Source: an uncultured Actinomycetes bacterium
GTDB lineage: Bacteria; Actinomycetota; Thermoleophilia; Gaiellales; Gaiellaceae
Reading direction: 5' to 3'
DNA length: 64,000 bases
Assembly (NCBI GenBank): GCA_963716975.1
Contig: CAVQVA010000040.1
Location: 17,223-81,222, forward strand
Positions 37,748 through 46,902 of the stretch are shown piece by piece. Both the position numbers and the translations under genes were made by a program. The notes under the pieces were generated by a model. That model was not told the origin of the DNA. It saw only the letters and a list, made by a program, of their open reading frames with translations, and made no database searches. Position 1 is the first letter of the stretch, and each line of letters starts with the position of its first letter.

Positions 37748-38934
37748 CGGTCGATCAGGTCTTCCGCGAGGAGTGGGCGCATGCGGTCGCAATCCTCACA
37801 CGCGTCCTTGGCGACCTCGAGCTCGCCGAGGACGCGGTGCAGGATGCCTTCACGACCGCACTCGAGCGGTGGCCGCACGAGGGCACGCCTCGTTCGCCGG
37901 GCGCCTGGATCGTCACCACGGCACGCAACAGGGCCATCGACCGGATCCGGCGAGACCGCGTGTTCAGGCAGAAAGCCGAGCTCCTCGCGAGGCTCGAGTC
38001 GATGCCCGAGGAGGAGGAGGACGTGAGCGCGATTCCCGACGAGCGGCTCGCGCTCGTGTTCACCTGCTGCCACCCCGCGCTCGCGGCGGAGAGTCGTGTC
38101 GCGCTGACGCTCCGCGAGATCGGAGGGCTCACCACCCCGGAGATCGCGCATGCGTTCCTCGTCGCCGAGCCGGCGATGGCGCAGCGACTCGTTCGGGCGA
38201 AGCGGAAGATCCGGGCCGCGGGGATCCCGTTCCGGGTGCCTCCCGACCATCTGCTCACCGAACGCCTGCGGTCGGTGCTCGCGGTGCTCTACCTGGTGTT
38301 CAACGAGGGATACGCGGCCACCGGCGGACGCGGTCCCGTTCGCGGGGATCTCTGCGACGAGGCAATCCGCCTCGCGAAGCTGCTCGCCGTGCTCATGCCC
38401 GACGAGTCCGAGGTGCTCGGCCTGCTCGCCCTCATGCTCCTCCAGGACTCGCGCCGAGACGCTCGCGTCGGCCGGGACGGAGAGCTCGTCCTGCTCGAGG
38501 ACCAGGATCGCGCGCTCTGGAACCGGAATCGAATCGACGAGGGGATGCACGTGCTCGAGCGTGCCGTCTCGCTCGGTCGTCCCGGGCCATACGTCTTCCA
38601 GGCGGCAATTGCGGCCGCTCACGCCGAAGAGCGGCCGCGCGAGGAGATCGTCGCTCTCTACGACCGTCTCGCCGAAGTCGACCCCTCGCCGGTCGTCTTC
38701 CTGAACAGGGCGGTTGCCGTCGCACTCGCCGGTGACGTCGAGGATGGGCTGACGCTGATCGACCAGCTCACCGATCTCGAGGGCTACCACCTCTTCCACG
38801 CCGCCCGCGCAGACCTGCTCCGTAGGCTCGAGCGCCGTGCGGAAGCCGCAGCTGCATACCGCGAGGCGATCGCACTCGTCGGGAACGAGGCCGAGAGGAC
38901 ATATCTCGAAGGGCGCCTACGCGAGGTGTCGTAG
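37744..38934 (+). CDS. ECF sigma factor with C-terminal TPR-like extension (ECF42-type)
   Basis: ORF 37744..38934 has sigma2/sigma4 regions ([11 protein letters not shown]..., [18 protein letters not shown]) plus a ~200-aa extension. Conserved context with DGPF/YCII genes is the described ECF42 hallmark. Confidence 0.85.
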   Translation: MTVDQVFREEWAHAVAILTRVLGDLELAEDAVQDAFTTALERWPHEGTPRSPGAWIVTTARNRAIDRIRRDRVFRQKAELLARLESMPEEEEDVSAIPDERLALVFTCCHPALAAESRVALTLREIGGLTTPEIAHAFLVAEPAMAQRLVRAKRKIRAAGIPFRVPPDHLLTERLRSVLAVLYLVFNEGYAATGGRGPVRGDLCDEAIRLAKLLAVLMPDESEVLGLLALMLLQDSRRDARVGRDGELVLLEDQDRALWNRNRIDEGMHVLERAVSLGRPGPYVFQAAIAAAHAEERPREEIVALYDRLAEVDPSPVVFLNRAVAVALAGDVEDGLTLIDQLTDLEGYHLFHAARADLLRRLERRAEAAAAYREAIALVGNEAERTYLEGRLREVS

Positions 38935-39360
38935 CGCGAGCTCGACCGCGTGCTCGGGGCTCTCGGCCAGCTCGACGCCCTCGACCGCCGCTGCTCCCTG
39001 CAACGCGACCACGGGTCGGCCGAGGAGCTTCGCGAACGAGATCTCGGCGAGCGTCCCCCATGCGCCTCCAACTGCGATCACGGCATGCCCGGACGCGGCC
39101 ACCGCAAGGTTGCGGGCGTGGCCGGTGCCGGTGACGACGACATGGTCCGCCCACTCGTTGGCAGCGTCATGCCGCTCACCCGGGAGGACAGCGATGGTCG
39201 TCCCGCCCGCGGCTTTCGCGCCGCGATGCGCTGCCGCCATGACCTCGCCGAGCCCACCTGTCACGACGGTGCAGCCGCGTTCGGCGAGCAACCGGCCGAC
39301 CTCCTCCGCGGCGTGCTCCCACTCCACGCCGCTCCCGATCACGGACACCTGGGTCGCCAC
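38917..39360 (-). CDS. TIGR00725/LOG-like Rossmann-fold protein
   Basis: ORF 38917..39360 has the motifs [17 protein letters not shown] and GGAWGTLAE. Confidence 0.7.
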   Translation of the reverse strand: MATQVSVIGSGVEWEHAAEEVGRLLAERGCTVVTGGLGEVMAAAHRGAKAAGGTTIAVLPGERHDAANEWADHVVVTGTGHARNLAVAASGHAVIAVGGAWGTLAEISFAKLLGRPVVALQGAAAVEGVELAESPEHAVELALRHLA

Positions 39361-39376
39361 GTGGTAAGCATGACGC

Positions 39377-40639
39377 GTGGAGTCCGGGAACGAGCTGAGG
39401 GAAGCACGGGGCGGAACGCTGATCCTCGGCGGCGGGTTCGCGGGGAGCTACGTCGCGCGCCTCGTCGGCGGGCGCGGCTCCGCGATCGTGTGCCCCGAGA
39501 ACTACATGCTCTACACCCCGCTCCTGCCCGAGGCCGGGGCAGGAACACTCGAGCCACGGCACGTCGTCGTGCCCCTTCGCCAGATGTGTCCGCATGCCGA
39601 GCTCTTCCTGGGTCGAGTCATGGCTCTCGACCGCGACCGCAAGGTCGTTGCCGCCGAGACGCTCGCAGGCCCGCTGGAGATCGGTTACGAGCGCCTCGTC
39701 GTCGCACTCGGAGCGGTGACTCGAACGTTCCCAATACCCGGCCTTCGCGAGCACGGTTTCGGCTTCAAGGATCTCGCCGATGCGATCGCGCTCCGGAACC
39801 GCGTGCTCCAGCAACTCGAGCGAGCCGCCATCCGACCGCAGGCGACTGAGGAGCTCGGGTTCGTCTTCGTCGGGGCGGGCTACGCAGGCGTCGAGGCACT
39901 CGCCGAGCTGAACGACTTCGCCATGGCAGCACTCCGCTTCTATCCGAGCCTCCGAGACGTCCCGCAACGCTGGGTGCTCGTGGAGGCGGCGCCCGAGATC
40001 CTCCACGAGATTCCGCGACGGCTCGGCAAGTACGCCGCACGGCACCTCGAGCGGCGGGGTATCGAGATCCACGTCGGAACGACGCTCGAGTCGTTCGACG
40101 GTCGCGAGGCCCTCCTCGCGAACGGGACCCGCATTCCCGCCAGGACACTCGTCTGGACCGCGGGCGTGCGAGCGAACCCGCTGCTGGGACAGCTGGGTCT
40201 CCCGCTCGACGAACGCGGGCGCGTCAGGGTGGACGAGACGCTTCGCGTCGAAGGTGCGGAGGACATCTGGGCGCTCGGGGACTGCGCCGCAGTGCAGAAC
40301 GTGCGCACGCCGGGAGTCACCGACCCGCCGACGTGCCAGCACGCGCTCCGCCAGGCGCGGCGTCTCGCGAAGAACATGCGTGGGACTCCGAAGCCGTACG
40401 GCTACCGCATGCTCGGCCAGGTCGCGACGCTCGGGCGCTACAAGGGCATCGCCGAGATTCCGGGGCTCCAGCTCAGGGGCTTTCTCGGCTGGTTCGTCGC
40501 GCGGACGTACCACCTGTACCAGTTGCCGCTCGTCTCCAGGAAGCTGCGGGTCGTCGTGGACTGGACCGTCGCGCTCTTCTTTCGCCGGGACGTCGTCGAG
40601 CTCTCGGTGCTCGGTCACCCACGCGAGCTCGGCGACTAG
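39377..40639 (+). CDS. ndh: type II NADH:quinone oxidoreductase (NDH-2)
   Basis: ORF 39377..40639 has two dinucleotide-binding motifs, ILGGGFAGSY and VFVGAGYAGVE, and GDCA near the C-terminus. Confidence 0.88.
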   Translation: MESGNELREARGGTLILGGGFAGSYVARLVGGRGSAIVCPENYMLYTPLLPEAGAGTLEPRHVVVPLRQMCPHAELFLGRVMALDRDRKVVAAETLAGPLEIGYERLVVALGAVTRTFPIPGLREHGFGFKDLADAIALRNRVLQQLERAAIRPQATEELGFVFVGAGYAGVEALAELNDFAMAALRFYPSLRDVPQRWVLVEAAPEILHEIPRRLGKYAARHLERRGIEIHVGTTLESFDGREALLANGTRIPARTLVWTAGVRANPLLGQLGLPLDERGRVRVDETLRVEGAEDIWALGDCAAVQNVRTPGVTDPPTCQHALRQARRLAKNMRGTPKPYGYRMLGQVATLGRYKGIAEIPGLQLRGFLGWFVARTYHLYQLPLVSRKLRVVVDWTVALFFRRDVVELSVLGHPRELGD

Positions 40640-42940
40640 CGGAGCGCGCGAAGCGCCTTCGCGAGCGACTGGCCGCCCGAGAGCACGCCCGCGAACAGGT
40701 CACCGTCACGTGCAACACGATCGAGCACTGCATCCATCGTGAACGCCGTCGGGTCGAGGCCGGGAGCGACCTCGTCCCAGCGAAGCGGCGTCGAGACCGG
40801 TGCTCCGGCGCGTGGCCGCACCGAGTAGACGGACGCGTTCGTCTTCCCGGGGCCGTTCTGGTTCGCGTCGACGAGAACTCCGCGACGCTTCGCCTTCGCC
40901 CAGGCCGTCGTCACGAGTCCGGGGTGCGCCCGCTCGAGCGCTCCCGCGATGATCGCGGCGAACTCGCGCGCTTGCGTGTGTGTGTGGCGCCGCGCGATCG
41001 GCACGAGGACATGGATTCCGCGCGAGCCGGACGTCTTGGCGAAGGATTCGAGCTCGAGCAGATCGAGCGTGTCCTTCACGAGTCGCGCGACCGTGACCAC
41101 GTCGTCGAAGGTCGCTCCCTCGGAGGGATCGAGGTCGAACATCACCCAATCCGGCTTGTCCGGGGCGTCGACGCGCGAGGACCACGCGTGGAGGTCGATG
41201 CAACCCATGTTCGCCATCCAGAGGAGCGCCAGCTCGTCGTCCACGAGCGCGTACTCGATGATCTTCTTCTCTCCCTCGCGCGTGGACGCCGGCTGCGGTG
41301 TCCGCTTGATCCAGGAGGGCATGTGTGACGGCGACTGCTTCTGGAAGAAGTGCTTCCCCTGCCAGCCGTCGGGGTATCGCTTCATCGTGAACGGGCGGTG
41401 CCGCAGGTGCGGAACGAGCACCTCGGCGACGTCGCGGTAGTACGCGACGAGATCGCCCTTCGTGATGCCCTCCTCGGGCCAGAACGGCTTGTCGAGGTTG
41501 CTGAGGCGAAGCTCTCGCTTCCCCTTCCGCAGTACTGCGGGCATCGGCGTTCGCTCCCTGCGCACGTCCGACGCAGTCTTGTCGTCGCGAAGACGCACGT
41601 AAACAGGAGCCCGCAGGCGACCCTCGTGGGTCCACTCGACGAACTCGACCTCCGCGACGAGCACCGGCTCGAGCCAGACGACGTCCGAGCTGCGGACGCG
41701 CGGCATCCTGGGCGTCTCCGCGAGCGGGCTCTCGGTGCGTTCGAGCGGCTTCATGACGCCCAGTAGCCGGCCGATCTCCGCGTCCGTGAACCCCGTCCCG
41801 ACGTTTCCGATCCAGTGCAGGCCGCCTGCATCCTGGACCCCCATGACGAGCGCTCCGAACCCGCCGGAGCGGCGCCCCTGACCCCTCGTGTAGCCCACGA
41901 CGACGACCTCCTGGCGGCCGCGCACCTTCAACTTCCGCCAGTCGGCACTTCGGCGTCCTGGCTGGTAGCGCGAGTCGAGACGCTTCGCGACGACGCCCTC
42001 GAGCTCCTGTTCCCTCGCCGCGAGGAGAAGCGACGCTCCGTCGTCGAACTGCAGCGACACGACGACGCTGCCTCGCGTCTCGTCGCAAAGGTCGATGAGC
42101 CGGCGCCGGCGCTCGCCGAGCGGGAGGTCGACGAGCGGCTCGGAATCGAGCTCGAGGAGGTCGAAGGCGACGAGCACGAGCGTGCCCGCTCCTTCCTGCA
42201 GGAGCGAAAAGCGTGAGCGACCGTGGTCGTCGAGCGCACAGATCTCACCGTCGAGGACGGCATCCGTGCTGCGGACGCCGAGACGCACCGCTCGTGCCAG
42301 CTCGCCGAACCGCTCGGTCAGGTCGTTGCCGTTCCGGCTCGTGAACGCGACCCTGTCGCCCGACACGGTCACGATCGCGCGAAACCCGTCCCACTTCGGC
42401 TCGTATACCCATCCAGGGCCCTCGGGAAGCGCATCCGTGGCGCTTGCAAGCATCGGGAAGTAGCGCGCGACGCTGTCCGATCCCTGATCCTTGCGCAACA
42501 GGAGCCAGTTCTTCGGGTCTCCGTCGAGGTGCGCCGGCACGAGCGTCCAGACGCCGTCCAGCCGCTCGCCGTGGAGCCGAACGGTCAATCCGCCGTCGCC
42601 GCTTCTCCTCGAGAAGCTCGTACGTGCCCCGGTCCCAGATCTCGACGGTTCCCGCACCGTACTCGCCCGCGGGGATCGTCCCCTCGAAGTCACCGTATTC
42701 GAGCGGGTGGTCCTCGACGTGCACGGCCAGATGACGCTCGCCGGGGCGTAGCGGAATCCCCTTCGGGACGGCCCAGCTCGCCAGGGCACCGGAGCGCTCG
42801 AGCCGGAAGTCGTAGTGGAGTCGCCGCGCGGCATGCCGTTGGACGACGAACCGCAGTGCTGCGCCCGGCGTCGCGCGCTTCCCGAACGGCTCAGGCGTCC
42901 TGGCTGGGTCGCGCTTGCGTCGATAGGCGTCGAGGCTCAC
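40636..42940 (-). CDS. ligD: multidomain ATP-dependent DNA ligase LigD (phosphoesterase-ligase-polymerase order), reading frame broken by one extra base near 42603
   Basis: ORF 42245..42940 encodes the N-terminal part of the phosphoesterase domain (FVVQRHAARRLHYDFRLE...HPLEYGDFEG...GTVEIWDRGTYELLEE). It continues in the +1 frame of ORF 40636..42834 (SGDGGLTVRLHGERLDGVW), then the ligase domain (YEPKWDGFR) and Pol/primase domain. The total length is 3n+1. Confidence 0.85.
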
Positions 42941-43057
42941 CTGTGGATTGTCGCCACCATCGCAACACGTTCTTCACGTGACAGCCGCAGATCCGACACT
43001 TTCCCCGCAAAACACCACTTTTGGTTCGGGGGATAAGCCTGTGGAACCTGTGGATAG
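42940..43057 (-). promoter_or_regulatory. cluster of four same-orientation DnaA-box-like 9-mers (xxATCCACA-type) upstream of ligD
   Basis: On the minus strand the motifs are CTATCCACA (43049-43057), GGTTCCACA (43040-43048), TTATCCCCC (43028-43036) and CAATCCACA (42941-42949). The forward-strand repeat CCTGTGGA occurs three times. This is the lowest-GC stretch I noticed in the window. Confidence 0.3.
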
Positions 43058-43112
43058 CGCAATTCGAGCACCGCCGAAAGCACTACCTCGTGACAGAACG
43101 TCACAAAGTGCG

Positions 43113-44051
43113 TCAGGCGAGCGCGAGGGCGCCCATCCGCCGGTACTTGGCGCGTCGCTCGCGACGCCGCTCGTCGGGGTCCATGGCGTCGATATCGTCG
43201 AGCGCCTCCAGGATCGCGCTACGAAGGAGCCGTGCCGCCGCATCGGCGTCTTCGTGCGCTCCCCCGCCCGGCTCCGGCACGATCGTGTCGATGACGCCGA
43301 GCTCGAGACAGTGGGTGGCATCCGGTCTGAACGCAGCGGCGGCCTTCCGCGCCTCGCCCGCATCCCTCCACAGGATCGCCGCGCAGCCCTCGGGCGAGAT
43401 CACGGAGTAGATCGCGTGCTCCTGCATGAGCACGCGATCGGCGACGGCGATGGCAACCGCACCGCCCGATCCGCCTTCGCCGATGACGCAGGCGACGGTC
43501 GGAACGGACAGCCGGGCCATTGCCGCCTGCGACCGAGCGATGGCTCCTCCCTGGCCGTGCTGCTCGGCTGCGACACCGGGGTATGCGCCGGGTGTGTCGA
43601 CCATCGTGACGAGCGGAAACCCGTGCCGGTCGGCAAGCGCCATGGCTCGCATCGACTTCCGATACCCCTCGGGATAGGCCATGCCGAAGTTGCGCCTCGT
43701 ACGCTCCTTGAGATCCCGGCCCTTCTGGTGCCCGACGAGGACGACCGTGTTGCCGTCGAGCTTTCCGAGCCCGGTCACGATCGCGTGATCGTCGGCACGT
43801 CCGCGGTCGCCGTGCAGCTCGAAGAAGTCGTCGAAGATCCGGCCCGCGTAGTCGAGCGTGTACGGGCGATCCTGATGGCGGGCAAGCTCGACCGAACGCC
43901 AGATCTCCTCGGCGCTCGGCTCCTCGTTCAGCTTGTCGAGCTGATCCTGAAGTCGATCGAGCTCACCGCTGAGCTTCGTGCCGCGGAGCAGCTTCATGGC
44001 CCCGAGCTTACTCAACCGCTCGCGCAGCCGAATCTCCGCCTCGCTCGCCAC
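43113..44051 (-). CDS. accA: acetyl-CoA carboxylase carboxyltransferase alpha subunit
   Basis: The GTG at 44051 lies within ORF 43113..44204. Motifs: RPYTLDY, GMAYPEGYRK, TMVDTPGAYPG, GEGGSGGA. Confidence 0.88.
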   Translation of the reverse strand: MASEAEIRLRERLSKLGAMKLLRGTKLSGELDRLQDQLDKLNEEPSAEEIWRSVELARHQDRPYTLDYAGRIFDDFFELHGDRGRADDHAIVTGLGKLDGNTVVLVGHQKGRDLKERTRRNFGMAYPEGYRKSMRAMALADRHGFPLVTMVDTPGAYPGVAAEQHGQGGAIARSQAAMARLSVPTVACVIGEGGSGGAVAIAVADRVLMQEHAIYSVISPEGCAAILWRDAGEARKAAAAFRPDATHCLELGVIDTIVPEPGGGAHEDADAAARLLRSAILEALDDIDAMDPDERRRERRAKYRRMGALALA

Positions 44052-44058
44052 CGGCTCT

Positions 44059-44910
44059 CTACGCCCGGCCGAACAACCGCAGGAGCCGACCGAGGGTCGG
44101 TCGTAGCTCCGCTCGCTGAACGATCCCGTCGAGATGCCCGAACCGGTAGTTCGACTCCGCAAGACCGAAGTCGTCTGGAAGCTTCTCGCGGGTCGTCTGG
44201 GCAACCACCCGCGGCCCGGCGAACGACATCAGCGCTCCGGGTTCGGCGAGGACGACGTCGCCGAGGCTCGCGAAGCTGGCGAGAACGCCGCCCGTCGTCG
44301 GATGTGTCAGGACGGACAGGAGCGCGGAGCCGCCCTCGTGCAGCTCCTCGATCGCACAGACCGTCTTCGGCAGCTGCATGAGAGCGAGGATTCCCTCCTG
44401 CATGCGCGCACCGCCCGACGCCGAGACGGAGATCAAAGGCACACCGGCCTCCGTCGCGCTCTCGCAAGCGCGGACGAACTTCTCTCCGACGACACTGCCC
44501 ATCGAGCCGCCCATGAACGCGAAGTCCATGATCGCGAGCCGGCATGGCTGGTCTTCGATCGCAGCGCTTCCGGCGACGAGTGCATCGCCTAGGCCGGTCG
44601 ACACCTCCGCCTCGGCGAGCCGCTCGGTGTACGGCCGGAGATCGAAGAATCCGAGCGCGTCCGCCGATCGAAGCTCCTCGTCCTCCTCCACGAACGTCCG
44701 GGGATCGACCAGCTGCTCGATGCGCTCGCGTGCGCCGACCCGGAAGTGATGCCCGCACTGGGGACACACGCGGAGGCTGCGCTCGAGCTCGTCGTCCCGG
44801 TAGTGAGAGCCGCATCCGGGACACGTGTTCGGATGCTCTTTCTCCTTCGCAGGCTCACTTTCGCCCTTGCTCTGGACCTCGACGTCGACTCGGCCTTGCC
44901 CTGAGGACAT
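44059..44910 (-). CDS. accD: acetyl-CoA carboxylase carboxyltransferase beta subunit
   Basis: The ATG at 44910 lies within ORF 44059..45447. It has the N-terminal zinc ribbon CPGCGSH...CPQCGHH and the FAFMGGSMG motif. Confidence 0.88.
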   Translation of the reverse strand: MSSGQGRVDVEVQSKGESEPAKEKEHPNTCPGCGSHYRDDELERSLRVCPQCGHHFRVGARERIEQLVDPRTFVEEDEELRSADALGFFDLRPYTERLAEAEVSTGLGDALVAGSAAIEDQPCRLAIMDFAFMGGSMGSVVGEKFVRACESATEAGVPLISVSASGGARMQEGILALMQLPKTVCAIEELHEGGSALLSVLTHPTTGGVLASFASLGDVVLAEPGALMSFAGPRVVAQTTREKLPDDFGLAESNYRFGHLDGIVQRAELRPTLGRLLRLFGRA

Positions 44911-44954
44911 GAACGGGATCTTATGCGGGGTCGACTGGCAGGGCCGACGGGTGC

Positions 44955-45722
44955 TCAGAGACCGGCCGAGGCAAGCAGGCTCGTCACAGCGGCGACATTG
45001 GCGATGTCCGGGGCGAGACCGGTCACGCCCATCCCGGCGATCTCCACGCGTCCAGCAATCGACGCGAGTGTGGCCTCGACGTCCCTCACGCTCGGGCCGT
45101 TCGGCTCGGGCATGAACACGGCCATCTCGGCCGGATCGAGCACGTCCACGTCGAGCGCGACGTAGACCGCGGCGACACCTTCGAGTGCGCGGTCGAGCGA
45201 GTCGTCGATCCCCGTCTCGGCGATGAAGGCGTTCTCGCCGGGGTCGAGATTGCGGGCTCCGACGAGCGCGACATCGCGCGCGTCGACGGCGGACGAGTCG
45301 ACCAGCATCCGCAGAGGCATCCCCCAGAGGTTCCCCGAGGGAGACGTCTCCGGCGTGTTGAGATCGCCGTGAGCGTCGAACCACACGATCCCGAGGCGTG
45401 ACCGCCGTTGCGCGAGGCCCTGCACGGCTCCGACGTGCGAGCAACAACAGCCGCCGAGGACGAGCGGTCGCTCGGGCAACGCGGCTGCGAGTGCCGCAGA
45501 CTGCTCCTCCAGCGACCCCAGCTCGATCACCGCTGTTTCGGGATACGGCAGTGGTAGGTGCGCCGCGTCGGCCATCGCCTCACCACCCGCTCCCCAGGCC
45601 CTGGGAACCCGTACGAGACCCGCTGCGAACTCGCGCCCGCAGCTGTGGCACTGGTACTCCGGCCCGACGGCGACCGCCGTCAGCGTCCGGCAGTCTGGGC
45701 AACGGGCACGCAGGGAGCTCAC
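44955..45722 (-). CDS. arginase/agmatinase-fold protein with N-terminal zinc ribbon and atypical first metal motif
   Basis: ORF 44955..45722 has CPDC-x15-CHSC at the N-terminus and the ureohydrolase motifs WFDAHGDLN and ALDVDVLDP. The usual GGDHS motif is replaced by GGCCCSH. Confidence 0.75.
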   Translation of the reverse strand: MSSLRARCPDCRTLTAVAVGPEYQCHSCGREFAAGLVRVPRAWGAGGEAMADAAHLPLPYPETAVIELGSLEEQSAALAAALPERPLVLGGCCCSHVGAVQGLAQRRSRLGIVWFDAHGDLNTPETSPSGNLWGMPLRMLVDSSAVDARDVALVGARNLDPGENAFIAETGIDDSLDRALEGVAAVYVALDVDVLDPAEMAVFMPEPNGPSVRDVEATLASIAGRVEIAGMGVTGLAPDIANVAAVTSLLASAGL

Positions 45723-46384
45723 GCGGGCACGAGCGCGTCGAGGGCATCGGCGAGACCCGAGAGACTCGGCAGGGTCGCCGCCGGTCGTGGGTCGGCGGGC
45801 TCGTCGAGTCGGTTGATCCAGATCGTGCGGAGGCCGAGCTCGGTCGCCGGCACGATGTCGTGGAAGACGCTCTGGGCAACGTGGACGTGAGTGCTGTCCG
45901 GTGTCCCCGTCTGCTCGCGGAATGCAAGCCAGTGACCCGGCTCGGGCTTGTACGAGCGGATGTCTCCGGCGACGATCGCGAGATCGAACGGAACACCGAT
46001 CGACCGCATCGATGCGTCGATCAGGTCGCGGTCGGTATTCGAGAGGATGCCGAGCCGCCAGCCGCGGTTTCTCGCCTCCGCCAGGCCGGGAGGGGCATCG
46101 GCGAAGACCGGCCAGAACGGGAGCGATCGGGCGAGCGCACTTCCCTCGCCTTCCGGGAGCGAGAGATGCGTCTCGTCGGCGAGCCGCTCGAGCGCGATCG
46201 TGAGAACCTCTCGGTAGCTCGCTCCGGGATTCCCTGCCTGGATCTCGGGCTCGATCTCGTGGTACCGGGCGAGGAGCTGCTCGGACCGCTCGACGCCGAA
46301 AAGGCGCTCGAGCTCACGCCGTATCCCGCCGTTCCAGTCGACGATCGTTCCATAGCAATCGAATGTCGCCCAACGCTCCGGCAC
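45719..46384 (-). CDS. HAD-superfamily hydrolase (haloacid dehalogenase type II-like)
   Basis: ORF 45719..46384 has the nucleophile motif FDCYGTIVDW and the downstream motifs ILSNTD and GDIRSYKP. Confidence 0.8.
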   Translation of the reverse strand: MPERWATFDCYGTIVDWNGGIRRELERLFGVERSEQLLARYHEIEPEIQAGNPGASYREVLTIALERLADETHLSLPEGEGSALARSLPFWPVFADAPPGLAEARNRGWRLGILSNTDRDLIDASMRSIGVPFDLAIVAGDIRSYKPEPGHWLAFREQTGTPDSTHVHVAQSVFHDIVPATELGLRTIWINRLDEPADPRPAATLPSLSGLADALDALVPA

Positions 46385-46407
46385 GCCGGAAGCCTAGTCT
46401 CCGCGAG

Positions 46408-46896
46408 GTGGCCGAGATCCGTGCGATGACACCGGACGACTGGACGGCTGTCGAGCGCATCTACGCCGAAGGGATCGCCACCCGCGACGCGACGTTCGAG
46501 ACGCGAGCACCTTCCTGGAGCGAGTTCGACGCCGGCCGTCTGGCCGCGCATCGCCTGGTCGCCGTGGAGGGCATGCAGGTCGTCGGCTGGGCCGCGGTGT
46601 CACAGGTGTCGGGTCGCGAGTGCTACGCGGGAGTCGTCGAGCACTCCGTCTACGTGGCGGAGGACGCTCGTGGACAGGGAGTCGGACGCTTGCTCCTCGA
46701 AGCGCTGATCGTGAGCGTCGAGGCAGCGGGAATCTGGACGATCCAGACGAGCGTCTTCCCGGAGAACGACGCGAGCATCGCACTGCACGAGCGGCTCGGG
46801 TTCCGCGTCGTCGGCCGTCGCGAGCGGATCGCGAAGCTCGACGGCAGTTGGCGTGACACCGTGCTCCTCGAGCGGCGCTCCCCGCTCGTCAGATGA
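46408..46896 (+). CDS. GNAT N-acetyltransferase (phosphinothricin acetyltransferase-like)
   Basis: In ORF 46363..46896, the GTG at 46408 gives VAEIRAMTPDDWTAVERIYAEGI. Motif A is RGQGVGRLLLEAL. Confidence 0.8.
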   Translation: MAEIRAMTPDDWTAVERIYAEGIATRDATFETRAPSWSEFDAGRLAAHRLVAVEGMQVVGWAAVSQVSGRECYAGVVEHSVYVAEDARGQGVGRLLLEALIVSVEAAGIWTIQTSVFPENDASIALHERLGFRVVGRRERIAKLDGSWRDTVLLERRSPLVR

Positions 46897-46902
46897 GCGC
46901 GC

